From positions 1 through 12,981 of the forward strand of contig JBKHHG010000022.1 of assembly GCA_046539225.1 (NCBI GenBank): a DNA stretch of 12,981 nucleotides, given 5' to 3'. Under the pieces are notes generated by a model. The model searched no databases, was not told where the DNA came from, and saw nothing but the letters and a program-made list of their open reading frames with translations. Numbering within the stretch: the first letter of the stretch is position 1; each line of letters opens with the position of its first letter. The position numbers and the translations under genes were made by a program. Origin of the DNA: Candidatus Nanohaloarchaea archaeon. GTDB taxonomy: Archaea > Nanohalarchaeota > Nanosalinia > Nanosalinales > Nanosalinaceae. Below, one piece after another: positions 1 through 5,402 of this stretch.

Positions 1-150
1 TCATTTTCTGGAAAGTTTTTTGAGTTGAATCTTTCAATAAAGTTTTTGTGCAGGTTTTTTCGTCTACTCGGAGGACATGGGAAGCTTTTTTATTGATTTT
101 TCTAATGTAGCTACAGTAGGTTAAGCTTTGCGTCCAAAAAATAAATCAGT

Positions 151-1605
151 ATGAAGAAGTACCAGGAGGCAGGGCTGACACTTCTTGACAACGATATCAC
201 GTTTCAGAACGGCCGGTTGATAGACGAAGAAGTCCTTCTTGATGAGGGCCTGGTTGGGAACAGGAGCTACCGGTCAGCGGAGGATGTGCAGGAAGGAAGA
301 CCCCGCAACCTGATGTATCTGGGTGAGGGCCTTATCACGTTCAACGATACTTCTTTCCCATTCCCGTACAGGCCTGAGTTCTTCCGTGAGGACGGCGAAC
401 TGATGGGGCCGGAGAGGATCCTGCATACGGCCTACGAGACCGTTGAAGAGATAGTTGAAGCTCTGGAGGAGAGAGATGAGAGACTTGAACAGGTCGAGGA
501 GATCTCTGATATCGGTGAATGGAACAGGAAAGGGAACGAGGTAAAGGAAGAGTTCAGGGAAAGGTACGCAGACATCTTCGTTGAAGGATACGAACCCAGG
601 GATGTCTGGTATGATCCGTTCCCGCACCCGGACAACCTGGAAGAAAGTTATGACGCTTTCTGGGATGAAGGTTCTCTTGATTCAAGGCCTGATCTCTCAA
701 GCTCCGAGGAACTGGAACGATTTTTCGAGGAAGGCGGAGAATTCGAAGATTTCGGACTTGGAAGCATGTGGGCCAAGACCGAGGGAGGCATACTGTTTCC
801 GTTTTACCCCGGGATGACCTTGGACAGGTTTGGAAGAAACAGTCTTAACGCATACTCCGATGACGAGGACTACTTCAAAGTCCCCAAGGTCTACCACGCC
901 GTAGGCCTCACTCTGGCGGAAAACGACATCACGTTCAGAGACGGTGTCTACATAACTGATGAGGACCTCAAGGAGGCAGGAGTGATCGAAAGCACCAACT
1001 ACAAGAATGCGTGGGACGTCAAGATGGGAAGGCCTGACACCGTCTTACCTCTTGGAGACGGCAAGGTCACTTTCAACAACACAGGCTTCTCACTTCCTTG
1101 GGCGAAAGACATATTCAGAGAACCGGTGAGATATGGGGATATCACAAGTTACAGCGGAGAACCTGAAACAGTGACAGTGGAACCCGGAGAGGAGATATCC
1201 GAAGATTCAGCTGTTCTGCGAGGCCCGGCAGATATACTCAGAGCCTCACACCAGGCATGGCAGGAAGCCAGAGAGATATCAGAGGAAGAGGCTCTCGAGG
1301 CCTTAACCGCAGCAGGAGTAAACATCGAAAACCTGGATGATGAGCACCACGTTGATCCAGAGGAAATCAATCACAGCTATACCGAGGAGTGGAGAAAAGG
1401 TTCTATAGAAGGCCTCCCGGATTTCTCAGATCCTGAAGCCCTACTGAGAACGATCGACAACGTCACGGAGATCGATGACGTGGTCAGAAAGTATGTAAGA
1501 CACCTAAAAAGCTCCCAGACTTTCAGAGTAGAGGAATCAGAAGATCCTGTCCACAGACAGGAAGATTTAGAAGAAATGGATGAAAGGAGAAGGCTTAGAG
1601 AGTAA
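151..1605 (+). CDS. Hypothetical acidic protein (484 aa) made of two diverged copies of an unrecognised ~190-200 aa domain
   Basis: Long ORF with an in-frame TAA at 142-144 just upstream of the ATG. D/E-rich. Internal similarity AGLTLLDNDITFQNG vs VGLTLAENDITFRDG, and further blocks, at an offset of about 244 aa. No family recognised. Confidence 0.85.
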   Translation: MKKYQEAGLTLLDNDITFQNGRLIDEEVLLDEGLVGNRSYRSAEDVQEGRPRNLMYLGEGLITFNDTSFPFPYRPEFFREDGELMGPERILHTAYETVEEIVEALEERDERLEQVEEISDIGEWNRKGNEVKEEFRERYADIFVEGYEPRDVWYDPFPHPDNLEESYDAFWDEGSLDSRPDLSSSEELERFFEEGGEFEDFGLGSMWAKTEGGILFPFYPGMTLDRFGRNSLNAYSDDEDYFKVPKVYHAVGLTLAENDITFRDGVYITDEDLKEAGVIESTNYKNAWDVKMGRPDTVLPLGDGKVTFNNTGFSLPWAKDIFREPVRYGDITSYSGEPETVTVEPGEEISEDSAVLRGPADILRASHQAWQEAREISEEEALEALTAAGVNIENLDDEHHVDPEEINHSYTEEWRKGSIEGLPDFSDPEALLRTIDNVTEIDDVVRKYVRHLKSSQTFRVEESEDPVHRQEDLEEMDERRRLRE

Positions 1606-1616
1606 GGCCTTACTCT
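1599..1616. repeat. Perfect 18-bp palindrome AGAGTAAGGCCTTACTCT joining two convergent stop codons
   Basis: Read directly. TAA (+) at 1603-1605 and TAA (-) at 1612-1610 flank the central GGCC. Confidence 0.9.
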
Positions 1617-1879
1617 TCCCGGGCTTCTTTCTCTTTTTCGAATATTTCCGGCAGTTTTTCCACGATGTGGTCCACTGCTTTTTCGTCGGTTGGGACGGTG
1701 AATCTCTTGTTGTAGTTGACGGATTCGTCTTCGTTGTAGTACCCTGTCGCGATCTGGATGAAGCTGTTTTCACTGCCGTCGTCCTGAATCGCCTTGTTCC
1801 TGCTTACCTCGATAAACTTTTCTCCCGGAAAGTTTCCATAGTCACGCCGCTCCTTCTCAATAGTCTCAAATTTTACCAT
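1610..1879 (-). CDS. Small archaeal protein (~89 aa), possibly PC4/PUR-like single-stranded nucleic-acid-binding fold
   Basis: ORF track gives 1610..1900. The ATG at 1879 (MVKFETIEK) is preferred because a TATA-like TATAAG lies about 25-30 nt upstream. Beta-strand pattern KFIEVSR / SFIQIATGYY / KRFTVP followed by a C-terminal helix. The fold assignment is inference. Confidence 0.65.
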   Translation of the reverse strand: MVKFETIEKERRDYGNFPGEKFIEVSRNKAIQDDGSENSFIQIATGYYNEDESVNYNKRFTVPTDEKAVDHIVEKLPEIFEKEKEAREE

Positions 1880-1915
1880 AGTAAAATTTGGTCGAAGCAT
1901 ATCTTATAGATATGC
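1867..1915. promoter_or_regulatory. Two inverted repeats covering the probable start codon and TATA box of the 1610-1879 gene
   Basis: CAAATTTTAC-cata-GTAAAATTTG (1867-1890) and GCATATCT-tat-AGATATGC (1897-1915). The repeats are seen directly; the regulatory role is inferred. Confidence 0.5.
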
Positions 1916-1971
1916 GGGTCTCGAATTCTACCATGATTAATCACGTAGAAGTTTGGTGGAGTTTAATTTAA

Positions 1972-1996
1972 GCAGCTTCCCCTTTTGAGAAGCTGC
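1972..1996 (-). terminator. Hairpin downstream of the HxlR gene, possible terminator or RNA-stabilising stem
   Basis: GCAGCTTC-9 nt-GAAGCTGC, followed on the minus strand by AT-rich TTAAATTAAA. Confidence 0.35.
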
Positions 1997-2032
1997 GAGT
2001 CTCGAGTCTTGAACTGGAGAGGCCTGAAGGGT

Positions 2033-2341
2033 TTACCGGGTTTCAAGCCATTTTTCTGCCCAGGCGTTGATTTCTTTGAATACCGGTTTCAGGGAGAGGC
2101 CTTTCTCTGTCAGTGAGTAGTAGGTTGCGATCGGGTTGCCGTTGCCTTCCCGTTTTTCCACGAGGCCGTCTTCTTGAAGGTCTTTCAGGGTTCTTGAAAG
2201 GGTTCTTGAGGAGGCCTCGGTGGATCTCTTGAGTTGGTTGAATCTTTTTTCTCCGGCGGCGAGGTCGTTAAGGATTATCAGCTTCCATTTTGAGCCTATC
2301 ATGTCGAATGATTCCACGATGGAGCATATTCCGTCTGTCAT
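2033..2341 (-). CDS. HxlR-family winged helix-turn-helix transcriptional regulator
   Basis: N-terminal Cys then IGSKWKLIIL, RFNQL, SRTLSRTLKDLQEDGLVEKR, YSLTEKG, C-terminal W: the typical HxlR pattern. Confidence 0.92.
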   Translation of the reverse strand: MTDGICSIVESFDMIGSKWKLIILNDLAAGEKRFNQLKRSTEASSRTLSRTLKDLQEDGLVEKREGNGNPIATYYSLTEKGLSLKPVFKEINAWAEKWLETR

Positions 2342-2443
2342 GGAGGATTTTTGAGGCCTGAACCTTTAAACAGGTTGTGTTTTTGAACCTGGTGTGGTTA
2401 TACAACCTTTAATTTATTTATTCTGTGCCGGGAATACTGGGTT

Positions 2444-2857
2444 ATGTCTTTTATCCGGGCTGTAACGTTGACGGTTATCCTGAGCTTTGTGTTAGTGGCC
2501 TCGGCCTTTGGGACGTTTGTCTATCTTTTATCAGGTTATCCAAGCCCTGAAGTCGATAACTTTCGCGTGAACTCGACTGATACAGGAGACCGGCTGATAG
2601 CTGATGTAGAGGCCTCTGTCAGAAATATCGGTGGAGAGGGAGAAGTCAGAGTCGAGGTAAGATCGCTGGATGAGCAGGACAGGGTGATCGACTCCCGTTC
2701 GCAGACAGCTTTCATGGCTTACAATGAGACCCGAGTGTTCAACGAGAGCTTTAACGCTGAGGAAGCGGATGATATAGGTCTTGCTGTGTTCGCGCCTGAA
2801 AGGCCTGACCTGATTAGGGATGAGTCCGAGATTGTTGAAAGGATTCCTATGCCTTGA
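2444..2857 (+). CDS. Membrane-anchored or exported hypothetical protein with a probable beta-sandwich domain
   Basis: N-terminal hydrophobic helix (aa ~6-30) followed by an acidic, beta-rich region (VRNIGGEGEVRVEVR). Confidence 0.75.
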   Translation: MSFIRAVTLTVILSFVLVASAFGTFVYLLSGYPSPEVDNFRVNSTDTGDRLIADVEASVRNIGGEGEVRVEVRSLDEQDRVIDSRSQTAFMAYNETRVFNESFNAEEADDIGLAVFAPERPDLIRDESEIVERIPMP

Positions 2858-2920
2858 AGGTTTCAGGCCACCGGGAAGGATTTAACTCTGTCTTTCAAAT
2901 TATAGGCTGGAGGGGTTTTC

Positions 2921-3931
2921 TTGGAGAACACTGTAATCGGAGACGCCAGGGTTTTGACAGCGGATTATCTCCCCAACAGAATGGTTCATCGGGACAGTGA
3001 AAGAGAGGCGATCGCCGCCAACCTGAGGCCTATACTTGAGGACGAGCCGCCGATCGACATGCTGATTTACGGGCCTCCAGGAACTGGAAAGACAGCGATG
3101 GCAGAATACGTTGTAAACGAACTGGAGAAACATTCTCCCGAGGTCCAGTCCGGTTTCGTCGACGGTTTCGGCCAGCCATCCCGGTTCGAGGTCTACTACA
3201 AGCTTTTACGGGATATGAACGAGTTTATAACCCGTGGAGGCACTTCGACAGAAGAGCTTGTCGACAAGTTCGAGCAAAAGGCCCGCAACAGTCCGATGGT
3301 GGTGGTGCTGGATGAAGCAGATCAGATAAAGGATGAAAACGTTCTATACGATCTTTCCCGTTTCCAGAACGCTGCAATAATTTTGATAGCGAACAGGCCT
3401 GACGTATTCGTGGATATAGACGACAGAATACGCTCATCTTTCTCCAGTCTGGAGGAGATAAGGTTCAAGGCCTACACGGATTCCCAGCTGTTTGATATAC
3501 TTGATGACCGGAGGAAATACGGTTTGAGAGAGGATGCGGCGAGTGACTCGCTTCTGAAGCTTATATCTTCGAAGTCGAACGGCGATGCCCGGGTTGCGAT
3601 ATCGACGTTGAGAAAATCGGCTCAAAAAACCGAGAAAAAAGGCCTCGAGCAGATTCCGCGTGAGTTTGTCGAGGAAAGTTTTTCGGACGCGGTGGAGGAG
3701 GATCGATCCGTCTCGCTTCAGAAACTGAATGAACATCAGAGAGAGCTTTACAGCATCCTGAAAGAGGAGGAGAGCCTGGGCTCCGGGGGGCTATTTGAGA
3801 GGTACCGGGATAGGGTTGAGGACGGGCCTACGGACAGGACTCTGCGGCGTTACATGAAGAAGATGGAGAGTTACGGCCTTGTAGAGTCCAGAGGCTCGAC
3901 AAGGGACAGGGAGTACCTTTTGAAGGGTTAG
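2921..3931 (+). CDS. cdc6: Cdc6/Orc1-family AAA+ ATPase (short 336-aa paralog)
   Basis: DARVLTADYLPNRMVHRDSE N-terminus, Walker A GPPGTGKT, Walker B VVVLDEAD, sensor-1 IANR, FKAY, sensor-2 GDARVAI, C-terminal winged helix. TTG start preceded by GGAGG at 2909-2913. Confidence 0.93.
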   Translation: MENTVIGDARVLTADYLPNRMVHRDSEREAIAANLRPILEDEPPIDMLIYGPPGTGKTAMAEYVVNELEKHSPEVQSGFVDGFGQPSRFEVYYKLLRDMNEFITRGGTSTEELVDKFEQKARNSPMVVVLDEADQIKDENVLYDLSRFQNAAIILIANRPDVFVDIDDRIRSSFSSLEEIRFKAYTDSQLFDILDDRRKYGLREDAASDSLLKLISSKSNGDARVAISTLRKSAQKTEKKGLEQIPREFVEESFSDAVEEDRSVSLQKLNEHQRELYSILKEEESLGSGGLFERYRDRVEDGPTDRTLRRYMKKMESYGLVESRGSTRDREYLLKG

Positions 3932-3974
3932 GCCTTGCAGGAAATCTTTAATAGAGAGACAAACAAGTTTACAT

Positions 3975-4475
3975 ATGGATTTCGAGGTCGAAAACCGGAC
4001 CCTGCTGACTTTCTGGGGATTCTCCGTTCTTGTGGGCTGGGTCGTATCCTACTATCTCAACAGTTTTTTCCAGCCGGTTTCCATGATAGCGTTCTGGACT
4101 ATCTTGATGTCCGTACCTATGATCGCAGCCATCAAATGGATGGGGCAGCAGTCCAGCGATACCCTCCCGCTTCCATGGGTTCTGACGACAGGCCTCGCAC
4201 TGGTGCTTGGATTTGCTGTGGTCGAAGGACATATTCATGTCCCGGAGATAGAGAGTTACGCAGTCTTCTGGTTTTTCCTACCGGCTCTGGCGTTCTCCGC
4301 CACAACATACTACACCAAGGGATTCCTCACCCATCTCTACACCAGTGCATCCCTCGCAAACTTTATGGTGGCGGCCCTGCTGCTTTTCCAGCCTAACGTG
4401 ATGCAGCAGCACTATATACTTGCAGCTGTGTTCCAAGCCTTCCCCCTGCTCTACCACGCATACTACGAATTCTAA
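3975..4475 (+). CDS. Small integral membrane protein of unknown function (~5-6 TM segments)
   Basis: 166-aa ORF of consecutive hydrophobic segments. Fits between cdc6 and the next promoter without overlap. Confidence 0.82.
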   Translation: MDFEVENRTLLTFWGFSVLVGWVVSYYLNSFFQPVSMIAFWTILMSVPMIAAIKWMGQQSSDTLPLPWVLTTGLALVLGFAVVEGHIHVPEIESYAVFWFFLPALAFSATTYYTKGFLTHLYTSASLANFMVAALLLFQPNVMQQHYILAAVFQAFPLLYHAYYEF

Positions 4476-4509
4476 AGATAATCCGGACATCCGGAAACCC
4501 GCGAATCGG

Positions 4510-4517
4510 TTTAAATA
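4510..4517 (+). promoter_or_regulatory. Archaeal TATA box (TTTAAATA) upstream of the PolB2 cassette
   Basis: Matches the TTTAWATA consensus, is intergenic and lies about 23-30 nt before the first in-frame TTG of the cassette. Confidence 0.6.
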
Positions 4518-4539
4518 GGCCTCGCCGGTAAACAAGTTC

Positions 4540-5175
4540 TTGAAAAGCTCCCGGAGGCCTAACCCAGGGGGGGAGGGGTTGCCTATTTCTCAAAGAGTCA
4601 AAAGTATCCACACACTGAAGACAGTAGAAGGCTGGAACCTGGTCAAGACAGATACAGCGGCTGCCTTCCCGGCACTGATCAAGTATCTGGCATCAAACCA
4701 CGACAAGATACTCTGGATCGACTCATCCAACCAGGCCTCCACACATTTCCTCGAGTCAAGGCCTCAAGCCCTGGAAAAACTTTACATCGCAAGGGCTTTC
4801 ACCGCGCTGCAGCACCACCAGCTCTGCAGAAACACAGAGGGATTCGACCTCCTGATCTTGCCGGAGATCGACAGGCTCTACACCGAAGACTCGATGCGCA
4901 GGAAAGAGGCAGTAGAGCTCTTCGAAGACGCGGTTGAAGGCCTCGAGGGGAAGATACTGTACTCGGTCTCCGGAGAGATAGAAGACTGGGAAAAGAACGA
5001 AAACGTTATAGAAGTTGAACAGACGGGTCAAGGCCTGAAGTTCTCGCAGAAAGACCGGCAGACACGAGCATATTCCGACAGAACCGGTGTCCAGACGACC
5101 GTACCGCTTTACAGGGAGGTGAAGACTCAATGGGAAGAACCAATCAAACCTACCGAAACCGGCTGGAGAAACTGA
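4540..5175 (+). CDS. Degenerate RecA/RadA-like protein of the PolB2 cassette; start uncertain (TTG 4540 or TTG 4579)
   Basis: ILWIDSSN, LEKLYIARAFTALQHHQL and DLLILPEIDRLY match RadA-fold core strands. No GxxxxGK(T/S) Walker A. Sits in the first position of the known three-gene PolB2 arrangement. Confidence 0.8.
   Translation: MKSSRRPNPGGEGLPISQRVKSIHTLKTVEGWNLVKTDTAAAFPALIKYLASNHDKILWIDSSNQASTHFLESRPQALEKLYIARAFTALQHHQLCRNTEGFDLLILPEIDRLYTEDSMRRKEAVELFEDAVEGLEGKILYSVSGEIEDWEKNENVIEVEQTGQGLKFSQKDRQTRAYSDRTGVQTTVPLYREVKTQWEEPIKPTETGWRN
5115..5122 (+). promoter_or_regulatory. Shine-Dalgarno GGAGGTGA for the 5130 gene
   Basis: Perfect archaeal SD consensus 7 nt upstream of ATG 5130. Confidence 0.8.
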
Positions 5176-5402
5176 AGGAAAGCTTCAAACCCTTCAGACA
5201 GGCCCTGAGAAGAGAGGACAGGAAGCACTTGGACGCGCTCTGGGAGAAGGCCTTCTACCATGCATCCGCCTCAAGCTACATGAACCCGAGAAACCCGGCT
5301 GAAACCGCTTTGATCTCGATCCAGGTCGAACAGGAGAAAGAGATCCACAGACTGAAACAGAGAATGGGCAAACTGGAAGAACAGATGGAATGTTCAAGGT
5401 AG
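5130..5402 (+). CDS. Small alpha-helical PolB2-associated protein (arCOG07300-like)
   Basis: MGRTNQTYR...FRQALRRED...D.LWEKA..HA.A is the pattern I recognise in the small gene upstream of PolB2. It overlaps both neighbours and has a strong SD. Confidence 0.85.
   Translation: MGRTNQTYRNRLEKLKESFKPFRQALRREDRKHLDALWEKAFYHASASSYMNPRNPAETALISIQVEQEKEIHRLKQRMGKLEEQMECSR

Noticed and set aside
1..150. T-tract-rich leader as a gene, RNA or repeat
   Set aside because: It looks like ordinary AT-rich intergenic or promoter DNA. A possible divergent start at 4-2 cannot be assessed at the window edge.
1567..1909. ORFs 1580-1909 (+) and 1567-1773 (-)
   Set aside because: They are antisense or alternative frames of the 1610-1879 gene, whose composition matches the rest of the proteome.
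1867..1996. CRISPR array or tRNA in the hairpin-rich intergenic region
   Set aside because: The hairpins are unrelated in sequence with no repeat-spacer periodicity. No cloverleaf or T-loop consensus was found.
3419..3445. Cdc6 inactivated because DDRIRSSF lacks the common SR(L/F) arginine
   Set aside because: An RxxSS(L/F) variant also occurs in functional archaeal Orc1 proteins, and Walker A, Walker B and the sensors are intact.
3935..4396. 153-aa plus-strand ORF overlapping the membrane protein gene
   Set aside because: Alternative frame with composition unlike the acidic proteome. The 3975-4475 frame gives a coherent TM protein.
2858..4578. Replication origin (ORB repeats plus unwinding element) beside cdc6
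   Set aside because: The flanking intergenic gaps are short (about 40-65 bp). There are no repeated TCCA-x-TGGAAA-type ORB boxes and no long AT-rich unwinding element. The single GGAAAC and the G-run are not enough.
5130..5175. Programmed frameshift fusing the RadA-like and small cassette proteins
   Set aside because: The 46-nt overlap is explained by independent initiation from the perfect SD at 5115-5122. No convincing slippery site plus stimulatory structure was seen.
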